From assembly GCA_964534465.1 (NCBI GenBank), contig CAZHOB010000003.1:14843-78842 (forward strand): a stretch of 64,000 nucleotides of DNA, given 5' to 3'. A program made the translations under genes and the position numbers. This DNA is from an uncultured Candidatus Saccharibacteria bacterium. GTDB lineage: Bacteria; Patescibacteriota; Minisyncoccia; Phycocordibacterales; UBA2100. Every line of letters begins with the position of its first letter. Positions within the stretch are counted from its first letter, which is position 1. The notes under the pieces were generated by a model that ran no database searches, had not been told where the DNA came from, and saw nothing but the letters and a program-made list of their open reading frames with translations. Below, in pieces: positions 19,190 to 29,159 of the stretch.

Positions 19190-19642
19190 ATGGAAAAAAT
19201 TGAACACTTTATCCAGTCGCATCGCGGCCGCAAGATAATTCTCGGCGTCGGCATCGCGCTCATCGCCATCCTCATCTTCCACGCGGGTGTCGTCGTGGGT
19301 ATGCATCGCCATGCACGCGGCGAATTCGGCGTCAGCCGCGGACCCGGAGGCTTTTTCATCGCGCGAATGCCACACGGATTTATAGAGGACGGGCACGGCG
19401 CTGTGGGCGTCATTAATTCAGTCACTAAGACATCTTTCAAATTGCAGGGTCGCGATGGTTCTGTCCAGACAGTTCTCATATCGGATACGACGGTCGTCCG
19501 TTCATTCGACGGAGATGCGAGCACGAGCGCGCTCAAAAAAGGCGCTCGTGTAATAGTGCTCGGCGCGCCGGATTATAATGGTGATATCTCTGCGCACCTT
19601 GTTCAGATCGTGCCGGATTCCATGCCATTTCCGCAACAATAA
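19190..19642 (+). CDS. Membrane-anchored OB-fold-like (DUF5666-like) protein
   Basis: TM helix, GVINSV, LKKGARVIVLG. Confidence 0.7.
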   Translation: MEKIEHFIQSHRGRKIILGVGIALIAILIFHAGVVVGMHRHARGEFGVSRGPGGFFIARMPHGFIEDGHGAVGVINSVTKTSFKLQGRDGSVQTVLISDTTVVRSFDGDASTSALKKGARVIVLGAPDYNGDISAHLVQIVPDSMPFPQQ

Positions 19643-19647
19643 ATATC

Positions 19648-21441
19648 ATGCCTATTTTTCGTACCATTGCCCGGTATATCGGCGCGCACAAAGTGCTTAG
19701 TGTGATCCTGGCCATAGCAATAATCGGCGGCGGATATTGGGAGTACAAGCGTCTGACGAATACCTCCGGCGAAACGCACTACGTACTGACCACTGTCTCG
19801 CGCGGTACCATCATCGCCACGGTCTCCGGCAGTGGACAGGTGTCCTCCGAGAATCGCGTCGACATCCATCCCAAAGCTTCCGGTGACCTGATTTCAATAG
19901 TGGTAAAAGATGGCTCTACGGTGGAAGCAGGACAAGCGCTCGGCTATCTCGATGCCAAAGACGCGCAAAAGGCTGTTCGCGACGCGCAGGCGAGCCTCGA
20001 AAGCGCGCAGATATCGCTGCAAAAGTTGCAACAACCAGCCGACCGGCTCACGCTCACGCAAGCGCAAAACGCCTCCGACAACGCCAAGATCGATCTCGAT
20101 AACGCCTACGAAACGGCGTTCAATGATATTTCCAACACATTTTTGGATCTTCCGACCGTCATGACAGGACTCAATTCCGTGCTCTTTTCATACGACCGCA
20201 CGCTCGGCGGTTCCAATCAGCAGAATATTGATTTTTATCAAAATGCCATCGCCCAATATGCGACCCTCGCGCTGGCGCAGCAGTATCGCGATGATGCCAA
20301 CACCAAGTACTTGGCAGCGAAAGCGGCGTACGACAAGGCGTTTGCCACGTACAAGACGACGAGCCGCACGGCGAGCACCGATTCGATAGAGTCGCTGCTC
20401 AAGAGCACGTACGAAATGACGCAGCAGATATCCGACGCAGTAAAAGATACGACCAACCTCATTCAGCTCTACCAAGACACGCTGACGCAGCACACTCTGA
20501 CGCCGGCAAATACTTCTACGACGCAACTGACCTCTCTCAACGGCTACACTTCAACGGTCAATTCGAGCCTGACCTCGCTCTCCTCATCGGTCAGCGCCAT
20601 TGCGACGGATAAACAAAAGGTCACTGAATCGGCGCAGTCGCTTGATAAAACCATCTCCGGTGCAGATGCACTCGACGTGCAATCTTCGCAGCTCTCCGTG
20701 ACGCAGCGACAAAACGCGCTGCAGGATGCCAAGGATGCTCTCGCAGATTACACGGTGCGCGCGCCCTTCGCAGGCATCATCGGCAATATAACCGCACACA
20801 AGGGCGATTCAGTTTCGGGCGGCACGACCATCGCCACTATTGTGGGCACACAACAAATAGCGCAGCTCTCGCTCAATGAAGTCGACGCCGCGAAAGTGAA
20901 GGTCGGCCAAAAAGCGACGCTTACGTTCGACGCGATAGAAGACCTCTCTATCGCCGGCACTGTCGCGGATATCAATCCTATCGGCGCGGTATCGCAGGGC
21001 GTCGTCAGCTACACGATCAAGATCGCTTTTGCCGCGAACGATCCGCGCGTCAAACCGGGCATGACCGTGAACGCGACGATACAGACTGATGTAAAGCAAG
21101 ACGTTCTGATGGTGCCCACGAGCGCGGTCAAGACGATGAACAACGCAAGCACGGTGCAGGTCTTTGATCCGCCTTTGCCGGATGCTGCCGTAACGGCTGC
21201 GGGCGCACAGGGCGTCGTTTGGAAGAGTGCGCCGTCGCCCATGAATGTCCAAACCGGTATTTCCGATGACACAAATGTGGAAATAATTTCGGGATTGTCC
21301 GAAGGTCAGCAAGTCGTCGCGCGTACGATATCAGGGACAGCGAGTGCTGCAGCAGCGAAGACGACTACCACGCGCACGACCGGCGGCGCACGCGGACCGG
21401 GGGCGGAGGGCGGAGGAGTCTTCTTCGGCCGCGGAGGATAA
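19648..21441 (+). CDS. Membrane fusion (MacA/HlyD-like) adaptor protein
   Basis: VSRGTIIATVSGSG, long coiled coil, VRAPFAG, EVDAAKVKVGQ, VKPGMT. Confidence 0.9.
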   Translation: MPIFRTIARYIGAHKVLSVILAIAIIGGGYWEYKRLTNTSGETHYVLTTVSRGTIIATVSGSGQVSSENRVDIHPKASGDLISIVVKDGSTVEAGQALGYLDAKDAQKAVRDAQASLESAQISLQKLQQPADRLTLTQAQNASDNAKIDLDNAYETAFNDISNTFLDLPTVMTGLNSVLFSYDRTLGGSNQQNIDFYQNAIAQYATLALAQQYRDDANTKYLAAKAAYDKAFATYKTTSRTASTDSIESLLKSTYEMTQQISDAVKDTTNLIQLYQDTLTQHTLTPANTSTTQLTSLNGYTSTVNSSLTSLSSSVSAIATDKQKVTESAQSLDKTISGADALDVQSSQLSVTQRQNALQDAKDALADYTVRAPFAGIIGNITAHKGDSVSGGTTIATIVGTQQIAQLSLNEVDAAKVKVGQKATLTFDAIEDLSIAGTVADINPIGAVSQGVVSYTIKIAFAANDPRVKPGMTVNATIQTDVKQDVLMVPTSAVKTMNNASTVQVFDPPLPDAAVTAAGAQGVVWKSAPSPMNVQTGISDDTNVEIISGLSEGQQVVARTISGTASAAAAKTTTTRTTGGARGPGAEGGGVFFGRGG

Positions 21442-21462
21442 TTCTGGGAGTGGCGCGCGCAT

Positions 21463-22179
21463 ATGATAGAAGTCAAAGACATCACCAAAACATACGGGTC
21501 GGGCGAAACGGCCTTCCAGGCGCTCGCAGGCGTGTCATTCACGATAGAAGACGGCGAGTTCGTCGCCATCATGGGACCAAGCGGCTCCGGCAAATCTACG
21601 CTCATGCATATCCTCGGCTGCCTCGATACGCCTACATCGGGCACGTATCATCTCGACGGAAAAGATATTTCAACGCTCGATGACGATGCGCTGGCGGAGA
21701 TCCGCAAAGACAAGGTGGGATTTGTTTTTCAGGCGTTCAATCTCCTGCCGCGCGCCACGGTACTGCGCAATGTGATGCTGCCACTCGTGTATGCGGGCGT
21801 CAGTGAAGATGAGCGGGTGCGACGCGCGACGAGCGCGCTCCACGCTGCCGGTCTGACCGAGACTCACTTTTTTCACAAGTCGAATCAGATATCCGGAGGA
21901 CAGATCCAGCGCGTAGCGATAGCTCGTGCTCTCGTGAATAATCCGTCACTCATCTTGGCCGACGAACCGACGGGCAACCTCGACACCAAGACGGGCGAGA
22001 TCGTGCTCGGAACATTCCAAAAACTCAACAAGGAGAGCGGCCGCACCATCGTGCTCATCACGCATGAGAAAGATGTGGCCGAGCACGCCGCGCGCATCAT
22101 CACGATCCGCGACGGACTCATTACAGCTGATTCAAAAGCCCACACCCGCCGCCACGCGCACCATGAAGCACAACATTAG
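21463..22179 (+). CDS. ABC transporter ATP-binding protein (MacB/LolD-like)
   Basis: GPSGSGKS, ISGGQIQR, LADEPTGNLD. Confidence 0.95.
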   Translation: MIEVKDITKTYGSGETAFQALAGVSFTIEDGEFVAIMGPSGSGKSTLMHILGCLDTPTSGTYHLDGKDISTLDDDALAEIRKDKVGFVFQAFNLLPRATVLRNVMLPLVYAGVSEDERVRRATSALHAAGLTETHFFHKSNQISGGQIQRVAIARALVNNPSLILADEPTGNLDTKTGEIVLGTFQKLNKESGRTIVLITHEKDVAEHAARIITIRDGLITADSKAHTRRHAHHEAQH

Positions 22180-22192
22180 ACCACATTTAATA

Positions 22193-22222
22193 GTTGTGAA
22201 AGCTAAGCTTGCACAACAAGAA
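22193..22222 (+). repeat. Palindromic repeat family A, intergenic copy
   Basis: Identical to reverse complement of 11384-11413. Confidence 0.85.
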
Positions 22223-22230
22223 TACAAAAT

Positions 22231-23457
22231 ATGAGAACTGTCGATATTTTACGGGAAACATATACGTCGCTATCGGCCAACAAGACGCGGTCGAGTTTGA
22301 CCATCCTCGGCATCGTCATCGGCATCGCGTCGGTCATCGCGATGGTATCCATCGGCACGGGGGCATCCAACACCATTTCATCGAGCATAGAATCCCTCGG
22401 CTCGAATCTCATCATGGTCATGCCGGGGCAATCGCGCGGTGGGCCGGGCTTTGGCGCATTCGGCGGTCGTGGCGGTGCAAAGACGCTCACGCAGGCCGAC
22501 GAAGAAGCTATCGTGCAGCAAGTCGCAAATATCGCCGCCATCGATCCCGAAGTGAACGGCCGCTACCAGATCACCGCAAAAGGGACGAATACCAATACGA
22601 GCGTCACCGGCGTAACGAGCGCGTATACGCGTGTACGCAATATGGATATAGACGAAGGTTCGTTCATCACCGATCAGCACACCGCTTCCGCCGCCAAGGT
22701 AGCGGTGCTCGGGCCGACGACGCGTGACGACCTTTTTGGCGTCGGCGCGGAAGCCGTAGGCCAGAGCATCCGCATCAACGGTCTCGAATTCAAAGTTATC
22801 GGGATCACGAAATCCAAAGGTGGCACCGGTTTTGGCAATCAGGACGACGTCATCTTTATCCCCGTCACCAGCGCGCAGCGCTACATGTCGGGCGATCAGT
22901 ATCTCTCCACCATCGCCATACAGGCGCAAAACACCGGCGAAATGACGCAAGTACAATCCGACATTACGACGCTTCTCCTCACACGCCACAAGATATCCGA
23001 TCCGACGCAAGCAGACTTCACTGTGCTCAATCAAAACGACATCCTCGCGACAGCGTCCGGAGTCACGGCCACGCTTACCTATCTGCTCGCGGCTATCGGC
23101 GGTATTTCGCTTCTCGTCGGCGGGATAGGCATTATGAACATGATGCTGACGACCGTGACCGAACGCACCAAAGAGATCGGGCTGCGCAAAGCGATAGGCG
23201 CAAAAAATAAAGACATAAGCACGCAATTCCTCGCCGAAGCGATAGCGTTCACACTTATCGGCGGCGTCATTGGCATCGCGCTCGGCTGGCTTATTTCATA
23301 CGGCATCAATCTGACAGGCACGGTGAAAACGAGCGTCTCGCTCTCATCAGTGCTCCTCGCATTCGGCGTTTCCGCTGCTACCGGCATCATCTTCGGCTAC
23401 TACCCCGCGCGCAAGGCCTCCCAAATGAATCCCATCGAAGCACTTCGTTATGAGTGA
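22231..23457 (+). CDS. ABC transporter permease (MacB-like)
   Basis: RSSLTILGIVIGIASV, GGIGIMNMM..VTERTKEIG, PIEALRYE. Confidence 0.95.
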   Translation: MRTVDILRETYTSLSANKTRSSLTILGIVIGIASVIAMVSIGTGASNTISSSIESLGSNLIMVMPGQSRGGPGFGAFGGRGGAKTLTQADEEAIVQQVANIAAIDPEVNGRYQITAKGTNTNTSVTGVTSAYTRVRNMDIDEGSFITDQHTASAAKVAVLGPTTRDDLFGVGAEAVGQSIRINGLEFKVIGITKSKGGTGFGNQDDVIFIPVTSAQRYMSGDQYLSTIAIQAQNTGEMTQVQSDITTLLLTRHKISDPTQADFTVLNQNDILATASGVTATLTYLLAAIGGISLLVGGIGIMNMMLTTVTERTKEIGLRKAIGAKNKDISTQFLAEAIAFTLIGGVIGIALGWLISYGINLTGTVKTSVSLSSVLLAFGVSAATGIIFGYYPARKASQMNPIEALRYE

Positions 23458-23503
23458 GCGATGGGATGGGGTGGTTGGGGCTTACTAGATAGTTGAATAG
23501 AAT

Positions 23504-23953
23504 ATGGACAGTAAATTTATCGGTGCGCTTATCGTGGTCGCGCTCGTTGCGGGAGGCGGAGGTTATTTTGCGGGGACAAAAAACGCCGGCGCGCAGAGCG
23601 GCCCGCAATCGGGTCAGCGAATTTTTACGAGAAACGGCGGCGGAGGTCGCTTCGGCGGCGCAGGTGCGGCATTCGGCACGATAGTGGCCAAAGATGCGAC
23701 ATCCATAACTGTGCAGCTCATGGGCGGTCCAAATGCTTCTTCAACGAACGGAAGCGCGACCGGCTCCAAGATCGTGCTCTACAATACGACCACGGAGATC
23801 GGGAAAACAGTGACCGGCGCGGACACTGATCTCAAAGTCGGAGAAAATGTCGTCGTCAATGGTTCGGCAAATAGCGACGGCTCAATCACGGCACAAATGA
23901 TACAGATCCGTCCTGCCGGAATGAACCAGCCCTTCGGCCGCAGACAGCAGTAA
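23504..23953 (+). CDS. Membrane-anchored DUF5666-like protein
   Basis: TM helix, Gly-rich linker, DLKVGENVVVNG..NSDGSITA. Confidence 0.75.
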   Translation: MDSKFIGALIVVALVAGGGGYFAGTKNAGAQSGPQSGQRIFTRNGGGGRFGGAGAAFGTIVAKDATSITVQLMGGPNASSTNGSATGSKIVLYNTTTEIGKTVTGADTDLKVGENVVVNGSANSDGSITAQMIQIRPAGMNQPFGRRQQ

Positions 23954-23994
23954 AAAGTGATGCCGCGGCGTATTGCTCGCCGCGGCATAGAAAG

Positions 23995-24321
23995 CTAGTC
24001 AAAAGAAAGTTCTGCCGGAAAGTGCTTGACCTGGCGACCATGCTCCTCGTGCGGCCAATCAATGAAGACTGCGGACAGTGAGTCATGTACTGACAACCTC
24101 AGAAAATCGTATGTTTCAGTTGCCGTTGGTCCATCGAGGTAGATGTCCGTAAACATCACCGAGTGATCTATCCGCCGGACCTTGCCCACGATAATAGTCG
24201 GGGACTCGATGATGCCCCCACCATCAGGGATCGTGATCGTAACTACGCGACCGATCAGCTCCTTCGATGGCGGCAATTTTACTTTTGCCAATTCCGCGTC
24301 CAGCGCTTCCCGAGAACCCAT
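23995..24321 (-). CDS. Hypothetical protein (older cassette behind lysS relic)
   Basis: SD GGAGG; TTGCGA-N17-TATTGT promoter whose -35 lies in the lysS relic. Confidence 0.7.
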   Translation of the reverse strand: MGSREALDAELAKVKLPPSKELIGRVVTITIPDGGGIIESPTIIVGKVRRIDHSVMFTDIYLDGPTATETYDFLRLSVHDSLSAVFIDWPHEEHGRQVKHFPAELSFD

Positions 24322-24360
24322 GGCGTTCCTCCGTTTGTTGCCGGAACGTACAATACAACA

Positions 24361-24443
24361 TTATTGCTTGGGTCGCAAGAGCGGAAACAATTGCGTCTCG
24401 TGCGCAGGTTTGTTCTCAAGGAAGGCGAAGGCGTTCGGAGACG
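24361..24443 (-). pseudogene. Relic duplicate of the lysS 3' end
   Basis: Aligns to 24682-24766; 44 nt identical (24380-24423 = 24701-24744), 2-nt deletion, tail LLRPKQ* vs LLRPRN* with synonymous changes. Confidence 0.9.
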
Positions 24444-24452
24444 TATAAAAAT

Positions 24453-24476
24453 AGCCGCGGCATTTCTGCCGCGGCT
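24453..24476 (-). terminator. Intrinsic terminator at cassette/relic junction
   Basis: 10-bp stem, GAAA loop, T-run, then lysS relic. Confidence 0.8.
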
Positions 24477-24491
24477 CGGATCGATCTGCTA

Positions 24492-24641
24492 TTAACACGG
24501 GCAGCGAGGGCCCGGGAGGTCACCGGGAGCATGAGGTGCCGGGTGTTCCGGAATGACATAGGGACCCGAAACGATCATGGCCCCGAGAAAGGCAACCGCA
24601 AAAAACCAAACAATGACTCGTGCGACGGTAACCTTATTCAC
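24492..24641 (-). CDS. 49-aa single-TM small protein (cassette between lysS copies)
   Basis: GTG start, SD GGAGG, TATAAT at 24674-24679. Confidence 0.65.
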   Translation of the reverse strand: MNKVTVARVIVWFFAVAFLGAMIVSGPYVIPEHPAPHAPGDLPGPRCPC

Positions 24642-24681
24642 GCGATTTCCTCCGAAGTTTTGAGTCTTTCGCAATTATACC

Positions 24682-26124
24682 TTAATTTCGAGGACGTAAA
24701 AGCGGAAACAATTGCGTCTCGTGCGCAGGTTTGTTCTCAAGGAAAGCGAAGAGGCGTTCGGAGACGCCGAAGCCAAAGGCTGGCGGCATGCCGTACTCCA
24801 TCGCGCGAATGTAGTTTTCGTCGAGCCTCTGGGCTTCGTCGTCGCCGGCGTCGCGCAGGCGCTGCTGCTCTTCGAATCGCGCACGCTGGTCGAGCGGGTC
24901 ATTGAGCTCGCTAAAGCCCTTTCCCATTTCGCTACCGGCGATGATGACCTGCAGGCGCTCCACCGTCTCGGGCTTTTGCACGAAGCGCTTAGCGAGCGGC
25001 TCGAGAAATACCGGAATGCCGACCAAGAACGCGGGGCCGGCGATGGTTTTGCGCACGGATTTCCAAAGGTGGTCGACGGCGCGGGCTTTGTTGAGTTTTT
25101 CCCCTACCTGAATCTGCGCGTCGCGCACGGCCTGAATAGCTTCGTCTTCGGAGCAGGCGATCGGGTCGATACCGAACTTCTCTTGGATTATTTTGCAAAA
25201 ATCGATAACTCCCCACTCTTCGGCAAGGTCCACCGTGTGCCCATTGATCTCAAAGGTGTATTTGCCGTAAACTTCTTTGGCGAGATGACGATACAGGTCT
25301 TTGACGAAGTCGCCGCCTTTTTTGAGGTCGCTAAAAGCTTCGTAACTCTCGAGCTGTGTGTAATCCTGCAAATGCTCGCGCGACTGGCCTTCGTTGCGAA
25401 AAATGCGCCCTATTTCAAATACCTTTGGATAGCCGGCGACAAGAAGCTCCTTTTGCCACAACTCGCCGGCGGAAATGCGTAGATACACATCAATATCGAG
25501 CGCATGGTGATGTGTTACAAAGGGTCGCGCGTCGGCTCCGCCGGGTGATGATTCGAGCACCGGCGTTTCCACTTCCAGAAATCCACGCGAAAGATAGAAT
25601 TCGCGCGCCGCCTGCCAAAATTTGGCGCGACGCTCGAACATCGCCCGCGTATCAGCGTTGAGGAGTATTTCGAGATATCGCTCGCGCAATCGCAGTTCTT
25701 CGTCTTTGACCCCGAAGTGTTCAGATGGAATGGGCAAAAGCGACTTGGCGAGCATTTTCCATTCCTTCACCTTCAGCGATTCCTTTCCGCGTTGCGTTTT
25801 GAACGCGGCACCTGTGACCTCGATAAAATCACCGATATCTACCGCTTGGGAAAAAAGGTCGAACGCAGATGCGCTCATCTCAGACTGCTGCAAAACCACT
25901 TGACCACGGGCTCCATCGAAGAGGTCGGCGAACATTATTCCGCCTTGGCCACGTAATGACATCACGCGCCCCGCCAGGACGCCATTTTTACCCTCCCCAA
26001 AATCTGCAAAAAAATCCGCGATTGAAGTGTCTCGTTCCGTGCTCGCGGGATACGCATCCATTCCCGCAGCCTTCAAAAGGTCGAGTTTCTTCAGTCTTTC
26101 CGAGCGAATATCCGCCTCCGACAT
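24682..26124 (-). CDS. lysS: Lysine--tRNA ligase (class II)
   Basis: OB domain, FLEVETP, GGADARPF, FRNEG, GMPPAFGFGV. Confidence 0.97.
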   Translation of the reverse strand: MSEADIRSERLKKLDLLKAAGMDAYPASTERDTSIADFFADFGEGKNGVLAGRVMSLRGQGGIMFADLFDGARGQVVLQQSEMSASAFDLFSQAVDIGDFIEVTGAAFKTQRGKESLKVKEWKMLAKSLLPIPSEHFGVKDEELRLRERYLEILLNADTRAMFERRAKFWQAAREFYLSRGFLEVETPVLESSPGGADARPFVTHHHALDIDVYLRISAGELWQKELLVAGYPKVFEIGRIFRNEGQSREHLQDYTQLESYEAFSDLKKGGDFVKDLYRHLAKEVYGKYTFEINGHTVDLAEEWGVIDFCKIIQEKFGIDPIACSEDEAIQAVRDAQIQVGEKLNKARAVDHLWKSVRKTIAGPAFLVGIPVFLEPLAKRFVQKPETVERLQVIIAGSEMGKGFSELNDPLDQRARFEEQQRLRDAGDDEAQRLDENYIRAMEYGMPPAFGFGVSERLFAFLENKPAHETQLFPLLRPRN

Positions 26125-26170
26125 GTGCTCTACTATACCACCACGTCAAACCGTTTGGTGAGGTGGTATA

Positions 26171-26383
26171 TCACTCCTGCGCATCCACTGCAGCGGCGAC
26201 TTGTTCCACGACGAAATACGAAGGATGAACGGCGAGGTACGAAACGCGGCCGATGAAACACCACACAAGAACCACGAGCGCGAGAATGAACATGCGCGTC
26301 CGTGCGTTGGAGCGCATGGTATTGACCCAAAAACTGCGGGCATGGTCGACCCCGACTATAGGTTTCGGAACTTCATCCGACAT
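26171..26383 (-). CDS. Small membrane hypothetical protein
   Basis: 70-aa ORF with one TM segment. Confidence 0.45.
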   Translation of the reverse strand: MSDEVPKPIVGVDHARSFWVNTMRSNARTRMFILALVVLVWCFIGRVSYLAVHPSYFVVEQVAAAVDAQE

Positions 26384-26456
26384 TCATCTAAGACTATCAA
26401 TTTTAGGACTCCCTTTGAAGACTTGACAAGTAATTTGTGTATGCTACCGTACTTTA

Positions 26457-26652
26457 CAGTTGCGGATGGGTCCACGCGGTGGTCCGTACCAATCCCCTCT
26501 GTCGTGGCGAAGTGGCGAGACTCCGGCGTCGTCGACCGCGCGGAGAACCATTTTGCCGCTCCTTAAATGGAGAACGGCTTAGCGCAAAAAACGGACAAGG
26601 GTTTTATGACCCGAGACCCCTGCAGAAGAACTCTGCGGGGGTTTTTACTTTT
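26457..26652 (+). ncRNA. Candidate structured ncRNA (about 195 nt)
   Basis: TTGACA(26423)-N16-TACCGT with TG extension; several stems, potential pseudoknot GTCCGT/ACGGAC, strong terminator about 26626-26652. Confidence 0.5.
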
Positions 26653-26698
26653 CCATATTATTGAAAGAGGCGCTACCACTCGGTAGCGCCTCAAATAA

Positions 26699-27241
26699 TT
26701 AGCTCATCAGATGTTCCCACACGAGCGCCGCAGCATGAGCGTCGAAGAGCGGGTTGTGAAAACGGCGCGGCCCCGAGCAATCTGGCTCGAGATCGTGCTC
26801 CCCCATATATTTCTCGATATGGTGGATGTCGTCCCAACCTCGCGCCCGCATGAGCGTGCAGACTTCGTGGAGCGGCGAGGGTGGCAAATTCCAACGCTCT
26901 TCGTACTTTCTCAAGATGAGCCTGTTGAAGAGTGCGGCTTCGCCGCCTTGATTTCCGAAATACGCGATGCAATCGCGTCCCTGCCGATTCCGCACCCAAA
27001 AATCCCAGAAATCTTCCTCGAGCTCGAAGACCGTGTCGTGCGTGAGCGGCATATTTTCTACGACGTGCACTATGTTCTGATTGACCCAGTCCGACACGAG
27101 CGCCGGCGTATGGGTCCGCCCTTGGAATTCCTTGATGGTCTTCCCTCCATCGCGCACGACGGCGGCGATGGCAAACGGTATGTGGCCGTGAAGGCGATCG
27201 GTCTCGACATCAACGCTGACTATCCCGCGCACGAGCGGCAT
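26699..27241 (-). CDS. DEDD-type 3'-5' exonuclease-like protein
   Basis: VSVDVETD and HNPLFDA motifs; SD AGGAGG. Confidence 0.7.
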   Translation of the reverse strand: MPLVRGIVSVDVETDRLHGHIPFAIAAVVRDGGKTIKEFQGRTHTPALVSDWVNQNIVHVVENMPLTHDTVFELEEDFWDFWVRNRQGRDCIAYFGNQGGEAALFNRLILRKYEERWNLPPSPLHEVCTLMRARGWDDIHHIEKYMGEHDLEPDCSGPRRFHNPLFDAHAAALVWEHLMS

Positions 27242-27289
27242 GTGTGCCTCCTATGGCTGCCGAGATAATGCCCTGAGGAAACGCACCTG

Positions 27290-28357
27290 TCAACGATCTG
27301 CTAATAACCTTACGGCGATGAATGTGGTGATCGGCACGGCGAGCACGAGGCCAATTGAGCCGATGATTGCGCGAACTATTTCTGTGGCAAAAAGTTCGCG
27401 ATTGAGCGCCATGGAGAGGCTTTCACCTTGGAAGCCGTAAAAGAGCAGGAGGAGCGGCATTGCAGCGCCCACGTACGCGATGGCGAGCGTGTTGACGAGC
27501 GCGCCGATGTGCTCGCGTCCGATGCGCACGGCACGATGATATATTTCCATGCGCGAGAGATGCTCGCCGGCAGACGCAAGTTCTTCCACAGACACCGACT
27601 GCCCGATTGCTGCGTCGTAGAGCACGCCCAGCGTGCCGATGAGTATCGCGCCGATGAGAAGGCCGGCAAAATCTATCTGTCCGTGCGTGTTGATGTTGAG
27701 ATAGGTCGTTTCTTCATTGGTGAATCCGGTCAAGTGGGCAAATGGTATCGCACCGTACGCCAAAATTCCGGTAAACGCGATGGTGGCTATCATGCCGAGC
27801 ACGGCGATCGATGTGGTCTTATTGAGGCCGTGTGTTACGTACGAGCCGATGACCACGATGAGCGAGGCGACTCCCATCGACACCGCTACCGGCGGGTAGC
27901 CGTGCAAAATACCCGGCAGAAGCAAAAAGAGAATAAAAAAGAGACTCGCCCCCAGAGCAAGCAAACCTCGCAATCCTTGTTTGCCGCCAAATATGAGAAC
28001 GACGCCGATGAAAAGTAAGCCGAGCGCACCAAGCTGTGGCAAACGGTACGGCTCTGACACCGTATAAAAATCTGTGGCATCGAGGTCGTTAGTCGTATGG
28101 GTAAGATAAAAGACTTCTCCTACTTTCATGTTGAGATAATCATTTTCGACGATTATCTCTTTCCCCTTCTCGGGCCCATCCTGTACCTGCACTTTGATGG
28201 TCTGATAATCGCTTTCTACCTGCGTGCCGGGCACCAGATGACGCTCCTGCGAAAGGACTTGCAGCACCTTGGCCTTCATCGTCACGACCATGTCAGTCCT
28301 AAGTTCTTGACCATGCACTGGAGCTGCGCAAGAAATTAGCAAAAGTACAATTCCCAT
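27290..28357 (-). CDS. YibE/F family membrane protein
   Basis: GVLYDAAIGQ, GREHIGALVNTLAIAYVG, EIVRAIIGSIGLVLAVPITT. Confidence 0.9.
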   Translation of the reverse strand: MGIVLLLISCAAPVHGQELRTDMVVTMKAKVLQVLSQERHLVPGTQVESDYQTIKVQVQDGPEKGKEIIVENDYLNMKVGEVFYLTHTTNDLDATDFYTVSEPYRLPQLGALGLLFIGVVLIFGGKQGLRGLLALGASLFFILFLLLPGILHGYPPVAVSMGVASLIVVIGSYVTHGLNKTTSIAVLGMIATIAFTGILAYGAIPFAHLTGFTNEETTYLNINTHGQIDFAGLLIGAILIGTLGVLYDAAIGQSVSVEELASAGEHLSRMEIYHRAVRIGREHIGALVNTLAIAYVGAAMPLLLLFYGFQGESLSMALNRELFATEIVRAIIGSIGLVLAVPITTFIAVRLLADR

Positions 28358-28358
28358 T

Positions 28359-28377
28359 AATGCAACTTTGTTGCATT
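28359..28377. promoter_or_regulatory. Putative Fur/Zur-family operator
   Basis: Perfect AATGCAAC-ttt-GTTGCATT adjacent to YibE/F start; same motif at 29761-29787. Confidence 0.7.
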
Positions 28378-28432
28378 TTGGAAAAATATCCACGAAAGTA
28401 AACCAACGCATGGTCTCACTATATACCCCCTC

Positions 28433-29158
28433 CTAAAGGCCCGCGAAGGAGATGGCAAGATAGATGACAAACATTCCTATCACGGTAGCTATCGTGGTCC
28501 ATCGTTTGGGATGCGTATGATGACTTTCTGGAAGGAGATCGCTCGCGCCTATGTAGAGGAAGAATCCCGAAAATAATGCGAGCAGATACCCAAGCTGGTC
28601 TTCGGTAACGGCAAAAAGGAGCGTTATCAATACGCCGCACACCGGCGCAACCGCATCGATAACGAGCCAGCGAACGGCTTTGCGCCAATGCCCCCCGTTC
28701 TTGAGTATCATATTGACAGTATTGATCCCGTCGGAAAAGTCGTGGGTCAGGACCGCCGCTGCGACGATGAGACCGATGGCTGTCGAGACCTTGAACGCAA
28801 GCCCGATGCCGACACCATCGAGAAAGCTGTGCAGCGAAAGCGTACCGGCACCCCACATGCCTCGCGCCACATGTTCGTGCTCATTTATCGCGTGCTCGTG
28901 GTGACGATGAAGGATGATCATCCGATCGAGCACGAGATAGAGCGCAAACCCTATCGCGATGATGGTCGTGACCACGGAGGTATCGTGATCTTTACCGACG
29001 ATCTGAAGAGCTTCCGGCATGAGATCGAAAAAGGCGACGCCGATGACGGCTCCCGCGCTGAATCCGAGTATGAGATGTAGATTGTCCTTGAGCCGAAGTG
29101 CGAAAAGTCCGCCGATCATCGTGGCAAGGAATGCTCCGGCTGCGATAGCGAAGATCAT
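28433..29158 (-). CDS. ZIP family metal transporter
   Basis: His-rich loop, LHSFLDG, HDFSDG, DLLPESH. Confidence 0.92.
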   Translation of the reverse strand: MIFAIAAGAFLATMIGGLFALRLKDNLHLILGFSAGAVIGVAFFDLMPEALQIVGKDHDTSVVTTIIAIGFALYLVLDRMIILHRHHEHAINEHEHVARGMWGAGTLSLHSFLDGVGIGLAFKVSTAIGLIVAAAVLTHDFSDGINTVNMILKNGGHWRKAVRWLVIDAVAPVCGVLITLLFAVTEDQLGYLLALFSGFFLYIGASDLLPESHHTHPKRWTTIATVIGMFVIYLAISFAGL

Positions 29159-29159
29159 A

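Noticed and set aside
26569-26586. AGAACGGCTTA resembling the RNase P RNA 3' motif
   Set aside because: The conserved GAGGAAAGTCC element is absent and the region is too short.
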